Of a stretch of DNA of 64,000 bases, positions 27,286 through 39,216 are shown piece after piece. Source of the DNA: an uncultured Rhodoluna sp. (GTDB taxonomy: Bacteria > Actinomycetota > Actinomycetes > Actinomycetales > Microbacteriaceae). The stretch is taken from positions 65,899-129,898 of the forward strand of contig CAZIFS010000001.1 of assembly GCA_964539165.1 (NCBI GenBank), read 5' to 3'. Position numbers and translations under genes: made by a program. Position 1 is the first letter of the stretch. Each line of letters begins with the position of its first letter. The notes beneath the pieces were generated by a model that was not told the origin of the DNA, made no database searches, and was given only the letters and a program-made list of their open reading frames with translations.

Positions 27286-29376
27286 TTGTCAGCATTCCAG
27301 TGGACCGATCTTGATTCCAAGGCAGTAGACACAGCCCGAGTACTTGCGGCAGATGCCGTTGAAAAGGTCGGCAATGGTCACCCTGGCACCGCGATCAGCT
27401 TGGCACCGGTTGCCTACTTGCTTTTCAACAAGGTAATGCGACACGATCCACGTGACGACCGCTGGCTCGGTCGCGACCGTTTCATCCTTTCAGTTGGCCA
27501 CAGCTCGCTAACTATCTACAACCAGCTATTTCTTCACGGATACGGCCTAGAGCTCGACGACCTAAAAGCACTACGCACCTGGGGTTCAGCCACTCCTGGC
27601 CACCCAGAATATGGACACACCAAGGGCGTTGAAATCACCACTGGTCCGCTAGGTCAGGGGCTTGCATCGGCTACCGGCTTTGCTTATGCATCACGCTTCG
27701 AGCGCGGTCTCTACGACCCAAACGCAGCTGCAGGTCAGTCACCATTCGACCACTTTGTCTATGTAATCGCCGGTGACGGTGACATGCAAGAGGGTGTTAC
27801 CGCTGAGGCTGCTTCACTCGCTGGTCACCAGCAGCTTGGCAACCTAGTGGTTATCTACGACTCAAACCAGATCTCGATCGAAGATGACACCAACATTGCC
27901 TTCACCGAGAACGTAAACGCACGTTACGAGTCATACGGCTGGCACACTCAGACTGTTGACTGGAAGAAGACCGGCAACTACGTCGAAGACATGCAAGAGC
28001 TTTATGACGCGATTCAGAAGGCAAAGTCGGTAACCGACAAGCCATCGCTGATCACTCTTCGCACCATCATTGGCTGGCCTTCACCTAAGAAGCAGAACTC
28101 AGGAAAGATTCACGGTTCTGCACTGGGCGCCGAAGAACTTGCAGCTCTAAAGAATGTTCTTGGCTTTGACGCTGAAAAGTCATTCGATGTAGCGCCAGAG
28201 GTACTAGCACACACCCGCAGCACCGAGCGTTTCGACCGCGAGCGTTCAGCCTGGGAAGCCTCGTTTGATGCTTGGGCTTCTGAAAATGCCGACAAGAAGA
28301 ATCTGCTTGATCGAATCGTTTCTGGCGCAACACCAGATGGTCTAGAAGCTGCCCTACCAGTTTTCGAAAACGGTGGCTCAGTCTCAACCCGTGTTGCTTC
28401 AGGAAAAGTCATTAACGCCATTGCGGCAGTAATGCCTGAACTATGGGGTGGCTCAGCAGACCTTGCTGACTCAAACATGACGACCATCGCTGAGGCAAAG
28501 TCATTCGTGCCTAGCGAATGGTCAACTCACGAGTGGAGCGGCGACCAGTACGGCCGCGTACTTCACTTTGGTATTCGCGAACACGCAATGGGTTCGATTC
28601 TGAACGGCATCGTCCTTCACGGAAACACCCGTGCTTTCGGTGGAACCTTCTTGATCTTCAGCGACTACATGCGCCCTGCAGTTCGCCTTGCAGCGCTTAT
28701 GGGAATTCCTTCAATCTTTGTTTGGACTCACGACTCAGTTGCATTGGGTGAAGACGGACCTACCCACCAGCCAATCGAGCAAATCGCCACCCTTCGTGCG
28801 ATTCCTAACCTAGACATCGTTCGACCTGCTGATGGCAACGAGACAGCATACGCCTGGAAGACCGTTCTAGAGCGTCGCCAGGGGCCTGCGGGTCTAGCCC
28901 TGAGCCGTCAGAACCTTCCGGTTTATGCTCGTGGTGAAGCCGACGAGACCGGCGCAGTTTATGCCGGTGCTGAGAACACCGCTAAAGGTGCCTACACCTT
29001 GCTAGAGGCAGCGAACTCAAAGCCAGAAGTTATCTTGATTGCGACTGGCTCAGAGGTTGAAATCGCAGTTGCTGCTCGTTTGCAGCTCGAGTCTCAGGGT
29101 GTTGCAACCCGCGTTGTTTCGGCTCCTTGCCTTGAGTGGTTTGATGAGCAGCCCGAGGCCTACCGCAACTCAGTTCTTCCTGCAGATGTTGTCGCTCGCG
29201 TTTCAGTTGAAGCCGGAGTCAGCCTCGGTTGGAACAAGTACGTTGGCCCACTTGGCAAGAGCGTTTCGATTGAGCACTTTGGTGCATCAGCTGACCCTAA
29301 GACCCTTTACCGCGAGTTTGGCATGACCGCAGAGGCTGTTGTTTCTGCCGCCAAGTCAGCCATCGCAGCTAAATAA
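27286..29376 (+). CDS. tkt: Transketolase
   Basis: [41 protein letters not shown]; TTG start with SD AAGGAG. Confidence 0.98.
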   Translation: MSAFQWTDLDSKAVDTARVLAADAVEKVGNGHPGTAISLAPVAYLLFNKVMRHDPRDDRWLGRDRFILSVGHSSLTIYNQLFLHGYGLELDDLKALRTWGSATPGHPEYGHTKGVEITTGPLGQGLASATGFAYASRFERGLYDPNAAAGQSPFDHFVYVIAGDGDMQEGVTAEAASLAGHQQLGNLVVIYDSNQISIEDDTNIAFTENVNARYESYGWHTQTVDWKKTGNYVEDMQELYDAIQKAKSVTDKPSLITLRTIIGWPSPKKQNSGKIHGSALGAEELAALKNVLGFDAEKSFDVAPEVLAHTRSTERFDRERSAWEASFDAWASENADKKNLLDRIVSGATPDGLEAALPVFENGGSVSTRVASGKVINAIAAVMPELWGGSADLADSNMTTIAEAKSFVPSEWSTHEWSGDQYGRVLHFGIREHAMGSILNGIVLHGNTRAFGGTFLIFSDYMRPAVRLAALMGIPSIFVWTHDSVALGEDGPTHQPIEQIATLRAIPNLDIVRPADGNETAYAWKTVLERRQGPAGLALSRQNLPVYARGEADETGAVYAGAENTAKGAYTLLEAANSKPEVILIATGSEVEIAVAARLQLESQGVATRVVSAPCLEWFDEQPEAYRNSVLPADVVARVSVEAGVSLGWNKYVGPLGKSVSIEHFGASADPKTLYREFGMTAEAVVSAAKSAIAAK

Positions 29377-29408
29377 TTCAAGATTTCAAAGAAAACGGAG
29401 AAAAATCC

Positions 29409-30509
29409 ATGTCTAACAGCCCACTCGCACAACTTCACGCAAACGGCGTAAGCATCTGGCTAGATGACCTATCCCGTTCACGCATCGTCTCAGGTGGCCT
29501 TCGCGACCTAATCACCAACCGCTCAGTTTCTGGCGTTACCACCAACCCGACCATCTTCGCTGGCGCACTAGCCAAGGGTGAGGGTTACCAGGCTCAGGTT
29601 GCTGAACTGACAGCTGCAGGCGCCTCTGCTGTTGACGCAATTTTTGAAATCACCACCAAGGATGTCGCTGACGCCTGCGACATTTTCGCTGGCGTTTATG
29701 CCGAGTCAAACGGTTTTGACGGTCGTGTTTCGATCGAGGTTGAGCCTGGTCTTGCAAACGACACCGAGGGAACCATCAAGCAGGCAAAGGAACTTTTTGC
29801 CAAGGTTGACCGCGAAAACGTAATGATCAAGATTCCTGCAACCAAGCCAGGTCTAGCGGCTATCACCGCAGTGATCGCCGAGGGCATCAGCGTGAACGTC
29901 ACCTTGATCTTCTCGCTTGCTCGCTATCGCGAGGTTATCGCTGCGTACATCGCGGGTGTCAAGCTAGCCAAGGCCAATGGCCACGACATTTCTAAAATTC
30001 ACTCGGTTGCTTCATTCTTCGTTTCTCGCGTAGACACCGAAGTTGACAACCGTCTGGTTGCCGCAGGTCACCCAGAGCTAAAGAGCAAAGCAGCCCTTGC
30101 TAATGCACGCCTTGCCTATGAGGTATTCGAGCAGTCATTCTCCACTTCTGAGTGGTCAGAGCTTGACGCTCAGGGCGCCAACGTTCAGCGTCCACTGATG
30201 GCATCTACCGGAGTAAAAGATCCAGCCCTGCCAGACACCTTGTACGTAACCGAGTTGGTTGCGCCGCAACTGGTCAACACCATGCCTGAAAAGACCATGG
30301 AGGCCGTCTACGACCACGGTGTGGTTCCTGCCGCCTCAATCACCAACAATTATGAAGATGCTCGCGAAGTTCTTGCCGCAGTTGCAGCAGCTGGTGTGTC
30401 ACTAGACGATGCCACCCAGGTTCTCGAAGACGAGGGTGTTGCAAAGTTCATTGTTTCTTGGAACGAGCTTGTTGAGACTGTTGACACTGCATTGAAGGCG
30501 GCTAAGTAA
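29409..30509 (+). CDS. tal: Transaldolase
   Basis: [41 protein letters not shown]. Confidence 0.97.
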   Translation: MSNSPLAQLHANGVSIWLDDLSRSRIVSGGLRDLITNRSVSGVTTNPTIFAGALAKGEGYQAQVAELTAAGASAVDAIFEITTKDVADACDIFAGVYAESNGFDGRVSIEVEPGLANDTEGTIKQAKELFAKVDRENVMIKIPATKPGLAAITAVIAEGISVNVTLIFSLARYREVIAAYIAGVKLAKANGHDISKIHSVASFFVSRVDTEVDNRLVAAGHPELKSKAALANARLAYEVFEQSFSTSEWSELDAQGANVQRPLMASTGVKDPALPDTLYVTELVAPQLVNTMPEKTMEAVYDHGVVPAASITNNYEDAREVLAAVAAAGVSLDDATQVLEDEGVAKFIVSWNELVETVDTALKAAK

Positions 30510-32104
30510 TGTCGCTAAAGGTAGTTGTAGCCGGCACTGCCGCCGCTGCAGTAGCGAACAACATCGATGCGCTGGTAGCCGACAAAGTAGCCAGCCGAAT
30601 CGCTGCCAAAGACTTCACTTTGTGGGGCAAAGAAGCTGAATCTGAATCTTCTATCCGACTCGGATGGGTAAATTCGGCTGTCGACTCTGCTCCCCTAGTT
30701 GAGCCAATTCTTGCCCTTCGCGCTGAGTTTGCTGCAAAGGGCATCACGCGTTTCGTGCTTTGCGGAATGGGTGGTTCATCACTTGCTCCAGAAGTCATTA
30801 CCCAAACTGCCGGCGTTGAACTCGTAGTTCTTGACTCAACCAACGCAGACCAGGTTGGCACCGCACTTGCCGGTGACCTGACTAAGACCGCTGTTGTTGT
30901 TTCTTCAAAATCAGGTTCAACCGTTGAAACTGACTCACAGAAGCGAATCTTTGAAAAAGCCTTTACCGATGCCGGCATTGACAAAACAGATCGCATTGTC
31001 GTGGTTACTGACCCAGGGTCGCCTATGGAGGCAGCCGCAAAGGCAGACGGTTACCGAGTGTTCAACGCTGACCCAACCGTTGGTGGTCGTTACTCAGCTC
31101 TTACCGCATTTGGTCTCGTACCTTCAGGTTTGGCAGGTGCTGACATCAAGGAGCTTCTTGCCGAGGCAGTTGCAGTTTCAGAGCTATTGGCATCAGATTC
31201 AGTAGACAATCCAGCACTCATCCTTGGCGCAGCCCTAGCCCGCACCCCCGGTGAGATGGGTAACCGCGACAAAATCGGAATTGTTGCCGACGGCACCTCA
31301 ATTGTTGGCTTTGGTGACTGGGCTGAACAGCTAATTGCTGAGTCAACCGGAAAGATTGGCAAAGGCATTTTGCCAGTTGTTCTTGATCCTCAGAGTCAAG
31401 AATTGCACTCTGGGCTAGCTGACCTTGTGGCAGTTCATGTTCAGGCTGATGCAAAGCCAGTGTCAGGTGACACCGTCTCAGTTTCTGGGCCCCTTGGTGC
31501 TCAGTTCTTGCTTTGGGAATATGCAACCGTCATTGCAAGCCGCTTGATTGGTATCAACCCATTTGACCAACCAGATGTTGAGTCGGCCAAGATTGCAGCT
31601 CGTGGCATGCTTGAGCAGCGCGACGCGGTTATCCCAGCTTTGTTCACTGATTCAGGTGTCGAGGTGCGTGCAACCGAGTTGAGCCTCACTTCAAACACAG
31701 TTGCCCAGGCCATCTCGCAGTTGCTTGCTCAGCTTGACGATGACGAGGGCTACGTGTCTATTCACGCTTATCTCGACCGTACTTCAGTTGCCGAGGCGGC
31801 AGAACTTCGCGACCTGTTCGCGAAGAAGACTCGCCGCCCAGTGACTTTTGGTTGGGCGCCGCGCTTCTTGCACTCAACCGGCCAGTACCACAAGGGTGGC
31901 CCTCGCCAAGGAATCTACCTACAGCTAGTTTCTGAGGCAGAAAAGGACATCCAAGTTCCGGGTCGCGACTTCACTTTCGGTGAACTCATTGCCTCGCAAG
32001 CCGCTGGTGACGCCAAGGTTCTTGGTTCGCTCGGTCGCCCGGTTTTGACGCTGACCCTGGCTGATGCCAAGGCCGGTATCGAACTGATCAAGTCAGCCCT
32101 CTAA
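30509..32104 (+). CDS. pgi: Glucose-6-phosphate isomerase (SIS, Tal-Pgi-associated type)
   Basis: GMGGSSL, SSKSGST, GGRYSALT, QLIAESTGK, NPFDQPDVE. Confidence 0.93.
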   Translation: MSLKVVVAGTAAAAVANNIDALVADKVASRIAAKDFTLWGKEAESESSIRLGWVNSAVDSAPLVEPILALRAEFAAKGITRFVLCGMGGSSLAPEVITQTAGVELVVLDSTNADQVGTALAGDLTKTAVVVSSKSGSTVETDSQKRIFEKAFTDAGIDKTDRIVVVTDPGSPMEAAAKADGYRVFNADPTVGGRYSALTAFGLVPSGLAGADIKELLAEAVAVSELLASDSVDNPALILGAALARTPGEMGNRDKIGIVADGTSIVGFGDWAEQLIAESTGKIGKGILPVVLDPQSQELHSGLADLVAVHVQADAKPVSGDTVSVSGPLGAQFLLWEYATVIASRLIGINPFDQPDVESAKIAARGMLEQRDAVIPALFTDSGVEVRATELSLTSNTVAQAISQLLAQLDDDEGYVSIHAYLDRTSVAEAAELRDLFAKKTRRPVTFGWAPRFLHSTGQYHKGGPRQGIYLQLVSEAEKDIQVPGRDFTFGELIASQAAGDAKVLGSLGRPVLTLTLADAKAGIELIKSAL

Positions 32105-32119
32105 GGAGTTAAATCTTTC

Positions 32120-33655
32120 ATGAGCAAACTTTCAGCGGGTTCTAATCCGCTTCGTGATCCGAGCGATCGCCGTCTCAACCGAATTGCTGGGCCTAGCAGC
32201 TTGGTTATCTTTGGTGTAACGGGTGACCTTTCACGCAAGAAGCTAATGCCTGCGGTTTATGACCTGGCCAACCGTGGATTGCTGCCACCAGGCTTCGCTC
32301 TGGTTGGTTTTGCTCGTCGCGACTGGGCTCACCAAGACTTCAGCAAGGTGGTGAAGGACGCAGTTAAGCAGTATGCGCGAACTCCTTGGTCTGAAGAGGT
32401 TTGGGACCAACTGGTTAGCGGTATTCGTTTTGTATCTGGTGAATTCGACGACGACGCAGCTTTTGATCGTCTCAAGGCAACCATCGCTGAACTTGACGCC
32501 GAGCGTGGCACCAACGGAAACCACGCGTTTTATCTGTCGATTCCGCCTAAGGCCTTTGCTCAGGTGTGTCAGCAGCTAAAGCGCAGTGGTTTGGCTGACC
32601 CAGCCCCGGATGAGTTCCGTCGCGTCGTAATTGAGAAGCCTTTTGGCCACGACTTAGCATCATCTCGAGTATTGAACGATGTAGTTGAGTCTGTTTTCCC
32701 ACCTGATTCTGTGTTCCGCATCGACCACTACCTCGGTAAAGAAACTGTTCAGAACATCCTTGCTCTTCGTTTTGCGAACCAAATGTTTGAACCACTTTGG
32801 AACGCTAACTACATTGACCACGTTCAGATCACTATGGCTGAAGACATCGGTGTAGGCGGTCGTGCTGGTTATTACGACGGCATTGGTGCGGCTCGAGATG
32901 TGATTCAAAACCACTTGCTACAGTTGCTGGCATTGACTGCAATGGAGGAACCGGTTTCATTCGATGCTGACGACTTGCGCAATGAGAAAGAGAAAGTACT
33001 TTCTGCGGTTCGTCTTCCAAAAGATCTAGGGTTGCACACTGCACGCGGTCAGTATTCAGGCGGTTGGCAAGGTGGCGAAAAGGTCACCGGATTCTTGGAT
33101 GAAGACGGCATGAACCCGAAATCTGTCTCTGAAACCTACGCTGCCATGCGTCTCGATATCAACACTCGACGCTGGGCCGGTGTGCCGTTCTACCTTCGTG
33201 CGGGTAAGCGACTCGGTCGCCGAGTTACTGAGATTGCGGTTGTTTTCAAGCGTGCGCCGCAGCAACTATTCGCTGCTAGTCAGACCAGCGCACTTGGTCA
33301 GAATGCACTGGTTATTCGTGTGCAACCTGACGAGGGTGTGACCATGCGCTTTGGTTCAAAGGTACCTGGCGTTGGCATGCAGGTTCGCGACGTAACCATG
33401 GACTTTGGTTATGGTCACGCATTCACCGAGGCTAGCCCTGAGGCTTACGAGCGATTGATTCTCGACGTGTTGCTAGGTGATCCACCACTGTTCCCTCGCC
33501 ACGAAGAGGTTGAACTGTCTTGGAAGATTCTTGACCCGATTGAAGAGTATTGGGCCAAGCAGGGTCAACCAGAGCAGTACCGACCTGGAACCTGGGGCCC
33601 TAGCTCAGCCGACGAAATGCTTGCCCGCGACGGGCGTGAGTGGAGAATTCCGTGA
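32120..33655 (+). CDS. zwf: Glucose-6-phosphate 1-dehydrogenase
   Basis: GVTGDL, EKPFG, RIDHYLGKE, RDVIQNH. Confidence 0.98.
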   Translation: MSKLSAGSNPLRDPSDRRLNRIAGPSSLVIFGVTGDLSRKKLMPAVYDLANRGLLPPGFALVGFARRDWAHQDFSKVVKDAVKQYARTPWSEEVWDQLVSGIRFVSGEFDDDAAFDRLKATIAELDAERGTNGNHAFYLSIPPKAFAQVCQQLKRSGLADPAPDEFRRVVIEKPFGHDLASSRVLNDVVESVFPPDSVFRIDHYLGKETVQNILALRFANQMFEPLWNANYIDHVQITMAEDIGVGGRAGYYDGIGAARDVIQNHLLQLLALTAMEEPVSFDADDLRNEKEKVLSAVRLPKDLGLHTARGQYSGGWQGGEKVTGFLDEDGMNPKSVSETYAAMRLDINTRRWAGVPFYLRAGKRLGRRVTEIAVVFKRAPQQLFAASQTSALGQNALVIRVQPDEGVTMRFGSKVPGVGMQVRDVTMDFGYGHAFTEASPEAYERLILDVLLGDPPLFPRHEEVELSWKILDPIEEYWAKQGQPEQYRPGTWGPSSADEMLARDGREWRIP

Positions 33656-34620
33656 TCATCGATCTACCAAACACCACAATCAGCAAGGTTTCAAAGCAGA
33701 TTGTTCAGATTCGCGAGCAGGGCGGCGTAGTCGCACTGGGCCGCGTGTTGACCCTAGTTATCGAAACCGATTTCAAAGGCATCGAAGAAGCAATCAAGGC
33801 CGCAAACGACGCATCTCGAGAGCACCCTTGCCGCATCATTGTGCTTGCTGACGACAATTCAAAGAGCAAGAAGAATGCCAAGCTCGATGCACAAATTCGA
33901 GTTGGTGGCGATGCTGGTGCCTCTGAGGTAATCGTGCTTCGCGCCTACGGCGAAGCTGCCAGTGACCCGGAAAGCCTTGTCACCGGACTTCTTCTTCCTG
34001 ACGCTCCGGTTGTTGCCTGGTGGCCTGAAGAGGCTCCAGAAATTGCAGCAGATTCGCCAATCGGCCGAATTGCCACCCGTCGTATCACCGATGCGGCTAG
34101 CCAAAAAGATCCACACGCGTTTCTTTGCAAACTAGCCAAGGGTTATGCTCCTGGTGATAGCGATTTTGCCTGGACCCGCCTCACAGCTTGGCGTGAGCAG
34201 CTTGCAGCGATTCTTGATCAGCCACCTTATGACAAGGTCCTTGGTGCAGAGGTCACTGGCCCGGTCGACTCCCCTAGCGTTGATTTGCTAGCGGCTTGGT
34301 TGGGTTTGCAACTTGGCGTGAAGGTCTCATTGATTCGCACTCCGGCAGATAAGCAGAAGCACGGCCTTGTTGGCGTCAAGTTGATGCGCAAGTCAGGTGA
34401 CATCGAAATCGTTCGAAACGCACCTGGAGTTGCTACCTTGATTCAGCCTTCGCAGCCGACACGAACCATCTCATTGCCTCGCCCAAGTTTGCGCGACTGC
34501 CTGATGGAAGATCTTCGTCGACTTGATCCAGACGACTTGTTTGGCAAGGTGGTTACTAAGAGCTTCAAAGGTAAAACCGTGAAGCCAACTGTCACTCGCG
34601 GTGCCAAGGGTCTCAAGTAA
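33652..34620 (+). CDS. opcA: G6PDH assembly protein OpcA
   Basis: SREHPCRII, QIRVGGDAGASE, LLLPDAPVVAWWP, PGDSDFAWTRLT; GTGA overlap with zwf. Confidence 0.93.
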   Translation: MIIDLPNTTISKVSKQIVQIREQGGVVALGRVLTLVIETDFKGIEEAIKAANDASREHPCRIIVLADDNSKSKKNAKLDAQIRVGGDAGASEVIVLRAYGEAASDPESLVTGLLLPDAPVVAWWPEEAPEIAADSPIGRIATRRITDAASQKDPHAFLCKLAKGYAPGDSDFAWTRLTAWREQLAAILDQPPYDKVLGAEVTGPVDSPSVDLLAAWLGLQLGVKVSLIRTPADKQKHGLVGVKLMRKSGDIEIVRNAPGVATLIQPSQPTRTISLPRPSLRDCLMEDLRRLDPDDLFGKVVTKSFKGKTVKPTVTRGAKGLK

Positions 34621-35345
34621 TGCTTCGACCTTTCGTCACTCGTTCTCCGAACGCACAGGCAGTTGTTGAGGCAATCTCTTCTGATTTCATAAATCGCGCA
34701 AACGAGCTTCTGGCCGAAAAGCCTGAGATTCACGTGATGCTCACCGGTGGCACAATCGGCATCGCTACTCTTGCTGCACTCGGTTCAGATGAGTTGAAAA
34801 ACAAAGTTGACTATAGTCGCGTTCACTTTTGGTGGGGCGATGAGCGTTTTGTTCCAAAATCTCACGAAGATCGAAATGCCGTTCAGGCTCGAAAGGCTTT
34901 TCTAAGCAAAATTTCCTTGGATGAGACCAAGGTGCACGAGTTTCCGGCATCTGACGAGGGGTTTTCGCTAGACGAAGCAGCTGCAAAATTCAGCACCCAA
35001 CTCGCAGAGCAGTCTCCACATTTCGATCTTGCCTTTGTTGGAATGGGCCCAGACGGGCACATTTGCAGTCTGTTTCCGGGTAAGCCGGCTCCTGCTGTAG
35101 GTGAAGCGATTATTGCTGAGCACGACTCGCCTAAACCTCCCCCAGCACGACTCAGCTTCAGCTATGAAGCTATGAATTCGGTTGATGAGCTTTGGTTCGT
35201 TGTTGCCGGTGCTGATAAGCAAGATGCCGTTTCAGTTGCCTTTGGCGACAGCCCTGAAGATTTGCCGGTTGGCCGAGTTAAGGGTTCAAAAGCGACCCGC
35301 TGGTATTTAGACAGCACAGCGGCCACAAAAGTTTTCGGCTGCTAA
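34620..35345 (+). CDS. pgl: 6-phosphogluconolactonase
   Basis: LTGG, WGDERFV, GMGPDGHICSLFPG, SPKPPPARLS. Confidence 0.95.
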   Translation: MLRPFVTRSPNAQAVVEAISSDFINRANELLAEKPEIHVMLTGGTIGIATLAALGSDELKNKVDYSRVHFWWGDERFVPKSHEDRNAVQARKAFLSKISLDETKVHEFPASDEGFSLDEAAAKFSTQLAEQSPHFDLAFVGMGPDGHICSLFPGKPAPAVGEAIIAEHDSPKPPPARLSFSYEAMNSVDELWFVVAGADKQDAVSVAFGDSPEDLPVGRVKGSKATRWYLDSTAATKVFGC

Positions 35346-35375
35346 AAAAATGGACCCACTCGGGTCCATTTTTTT
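35344..35375. terminator. Bidirectional intrinsic terminator
   Basis: A7-TGGACCC-actc-GGGTCCA-T7 between pgl and rbpA. Confidence 0.9.
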
Positions 35376-35751
35376 ATTTCTCTGCAGCTTGTTCTGCCAA
35401 TCTTGCTCTTCGCTCGCGTACCTGCGAGATGGCGTCATCCAAGAGCTCTTGGGCTTCTTCTTCGGTTCGACGTTCCTTCACATAAGCCAGGTGGGTTTTA
35501 TATGGCTCATGCTTGGCAATAACCGGTGGGTTCGCTTTGTCTTGCCCGGCCGGTAAACCGCACTTTGGGCAATCAATTTCGATAGGAATCTCAGCCGGAT
35601 CAACCTGAGCCGAGTAATGCTGAATGTGCTCGTGAAGATTTGAGCAGTAGAAATTTAGTGTGATTCTGTCGGCCTTGAAACCGCGATCTTGTTCACCCAT
35701 CGGCCCAGCGCCGACTCGCGAACCTCTAATTGCCGAACCCCCGTTTGACAT
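35374..35751 (-). CDS. rbpA: RNA polymerase-binding protein RbpA family
   Basis: IRGSRVG N-terminal tail, C-x3-H...CPKC core, KTHLAYVKERRT sigma-interaction domain. Confidence 0.85.
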   Translation of the reverse strand: MSNGGSAIRGSRVGAGPMGEQDRGFKADRITLNFYCSNLHEHIQHYSAQVDPAEIPIEIDCPKCGLPAGQDKANPPVIAKHEPYKTHLAYVKERRTEEEAQELLDDAISQVRERRARLAEQAAEK

Positions 35752-35772
35752 TAGATTTCTCCTTTTAGTTGA

Positions 35773-36024
35773 TTAGGCAACCAAGTTGAAGCGAGTGAAT
35801 AGACCCAGAGTAATGATCACTACGACCCAGACAATTCCTAGGATGATTGTGATGCGGTTCAGGTTTCGCTCAGCAACACCAGAAGAGCTCATCGCACTGG
35901 TAACTCCGCCACCAAACATGTCAGAAAGACCGCCACCGCGACCCTTGTGCAACAAAATTAGCAGGGTGAGCAAGAGGCTGGTAATAGCCAAAAGCACCTG
36001 TAGTGCAACCTGTAGCGCTGCCAT
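35773..36024 (-). CDS. secG: Preprotein translocase subunit SecG
   Basis: LLHKGRGGGLSDMFGGG...AERNLNRIT; follows tpiA. Confidence 0.96.
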   Translation of the reverse strand: MAALQVALQVLLAITSLLLTLLILLHKGRGGGLSDMFGGGVTSAMSSSGVAERNLNRITIILGIVWVVVIITLGLFTRFNLVA

Positions 36025-36057
36025 GTGGGAATCCTTTGATTTAGCGGTCTTTAGAAA

Positions 36058-36843
36058 TTATAGAGCGATGTGCTTCTGGAAGCGTGCGATACCGCTGAAT
36101 TCTTCAGCGTCTAGGCTCGCTCCACCAACTAGAACGCCATCAACTTCGGTGCTGCGCAAGAAACCGGCTACGTTGGCAGCCTTAACTGAACCACCATAAA
36201 GAATTCGGGTTGCCTGAGCTAGTTCTTCGCCAAACTCAGCCGCCAAAGCTTCGCGGATCTTTCCGCAAACTGATGCAGCTTCTTCAGCGGTGGCAACCTT
36301 TCCAGTTCCGATTGCCCAAACTGGCTCATAAGCGATTACGAACTCACCCAGTTTGTCATGACCGGCAAGAGCAGCCAGGGTCTGACGCACTGGAACGGCA
36401 CTCTGGCCTTCAGTTTCGAGTTCTTCAAGTGTTTCACCAACGCAAATAACTGGAACTAGACCGTGGCGGAAAGCGGCTGCGGTCTTAGCCTGAACGGTGT
36501 CGTCGCCTTCATTGTGGTACTGGCGACGTTCACTGTGGCCGATAAGTACGTACTTTACGTCGAGTTTGCTTAGGAACGCACCTGAGATCTCGCCGGTGTA
36601 GGCACCTGAATCAAACTTTGAAAGGTCTTGGGCGCCAAGGCCAAGCTCAAACTTTTCTGCATCGATGAGGGTCTGAACGGTGCGCAAGTCTGTGAATGGA
36701 GGAAACACAACTACTTCGGTTGACTTGAAGTCGTGAGCTGCATCCTTGAGGGTGTAAGCCAGCTTCTGAACCAAAGCAATTGCTTGCTGGTGGTCTAGGT
36801 TCATTTTCCAGTTGCCAGCAATTAGCGGAACGCGGTTAGCCAT
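36058..36843 (-). CDS. tpiA: Triosephosphate isomerase
   Basis: AGNWKMN, GHSERR, AYEPVWAIGTG, LYGGSV. Confidence 0.98.
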   Translation of the reverse strand: MANRVPLIAGNWKMNLDHQQAIALVQKLAYTLKDAAHDFKSTEVVVFPPFTDLRTVQTLIDAEKFELGLGAQDLSKFDSGAYTGEISGAFLSKLDVKYVLIGHSERRQYHNEGDDTVQAKTAAAFRHGLVPVICVGETLEELETEGQSAVPVRQTLAALAGHDKLGEFVIAYEPVWAIGTGKVATAEEAASVCGKIREALAAEFGEELAQATRILYGGSVKAANVAGFLRSTEVDGVLVGGASLDAEEFSGIARFQKHIAL

Positions 36844-36867
36844 GGTGATCTCCGATTTAGTTAGAAA

Positions 36868-38070
36868 TTAGTTAAGAACGTCTAGACCAGGAAGGGTTTT
36901 GCCTTCGAGGAACTCTAGGCTGGCGCCACCACCAGTTGAAATGTGGCCAAATTGGTTGTCTTCAAAGCCAAGGATGCGAACTGCTGCGGCAGAATCTCCG
37001 CCACCAACAACGCTCAAACCATCAACTTCGGTCAAGGCTTTAGCAACTGCGCGTGTTCCACCTGCGAATGCATCAATCTCGAATACACCCATTGGGCCGT
37101 TCCAGAAAACGGTCTTTGCTGATGCTACTTCTGAGGCAAAACGCGCCGCTGAAACCGGGCCGATGTCTAGTCCGAGACCTTTCTCACCAAATGGGGAAGA
37201 CTCGATTGCGTCTGCTGCAGTTACTGCTACATCTGCATCTGCACCAAATTTTGATGCAACCACGATGTCGGTAGGAAGAATGACTTCTACGCCAAGCTCG
37301 GCAGCGCGTTTTAGGTATTCCTTGCATGTTTCGATCTGGTCAACCTCAAGAAGGCTTGAACCAACCTTGAAGCCCTGTGCTGCTAGGAAAGTGAAGACCA
37401 TGCCTCCACCAACTAGCAACTTGTTGACGGTAGGTAGAAGGTGGTCGATAACACCAAGCTTGTCTGAAACCTTCGAGCCACCCAATACAACTGCGTATGG
37501 TCGCTCAGGGGTGCTGGTCAAGCGGGTAAGTACATCGAGTTCTTTCTCGATAAGTAGACCGCAAGAACTAGGTAGGGCTTTTGCAAGTTCGTAAACCGAT
37601 GCCTGCTTGCGGTGAACCACGCCAAAACCGTCGCTGACGAAGAAATCGCCGAACTCAGCTAATTTTGCGGCAAACGCTTCGCGCTCAGCAGCATCCTTGC
37701 TGGTTTCTGCCGCATTGAAGCGCAGGTTCTCAAGAACCACTACTCCACCGCGAGCGAGTGCCTTAACGGCACCTGTGGCTTCGCTACCGACGGTGTCAGA
37801 CGCGAAGAAAACTGGTTGGCCAAGTAGCTCACCCAAGCGCTTTGCAGCTGGCTCGAGTGAGTACTTGGCGTCAGGCGCACCCTCTGGGCGGCCAAGGTGT
37901 GAAATAACAACAACCTTGGCGCCCTGGTCGACCAAATACTTGATGGTAGGCAGTGATGCAACGATTCGGCCGTCATCGGTGATGCGGGTTCCATCCAGTG
38001 GAACGTTGAAATCGCAGCGGATTACTACCCGCTTTCCGTCAAGATTAGGTAGGTCGGAGAGTTTGCGCAT
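36868..38070 (-). CDS. pgk: Phosphoglycerate kinase
   Basis: DFNVP, SHLGRP, LENLRF, WNGPMGVFE, GGGDS, HISTGGGASLE. Confidence 0.98.
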   Translation of the reverse strand: MRKLSDLPNLDGKRVVIRCDFNVPLDGTRITDDGRIVASLPTIKYLVDQGAKVVVISHLGRPEGAPDAKYSLEPAAKRLGELLGQPVFFASDTVGSEATGAVKALARGGVVVLENLRFNAAETSKDAAEREAFAAKLAEFGDFFVSDGFGVVHRKQASVYELAKALPSSCGLLIEKELDVLTRLTSTPERPYAVVLGGSKVSDKLGVIDHLLPTVNKLLVGGGMVFTFLAAQGFKVGSSLLEVDQIETCKEYLKRAAELGVEVILPTDIVVASKFGADADVAVTAADAIESSPFGEKGLGLDIGPVSAARFASEVASAKTVFWNGPMGVFEIDAFAGGTRAVAKALTEVDGLSVVGGGDSAAAVRILGFEDNQFGHISTGGGASLEFLEGKTLPGLDVLN

Positions 38071-38114
38071 TTTGATCTTTCTCGACAGCCGAAGCCATCA
38101 AATTTCGGTAAGGC

Positions 38115-39122
<1,008 letters not shown>

Positions 39123-39216
39123 TTAGATCTCCAAGAGGTTAGGCGCCAATGAGTGACGCGATTGATTGATTGTTTGGGTGCAATTTGCCACGCGTCATCG
39201 GGTGGAAAAACTGTTT

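Noticed and set aside
36899-37594. 231-aa antisense ORF within pgk, and similar Ser/Thr/Pro-rich ORFs opposite metH, uvrA, gltB, pgi and rpsA
   Set aside because: Typical antisense shadow frames with no independent evidence.
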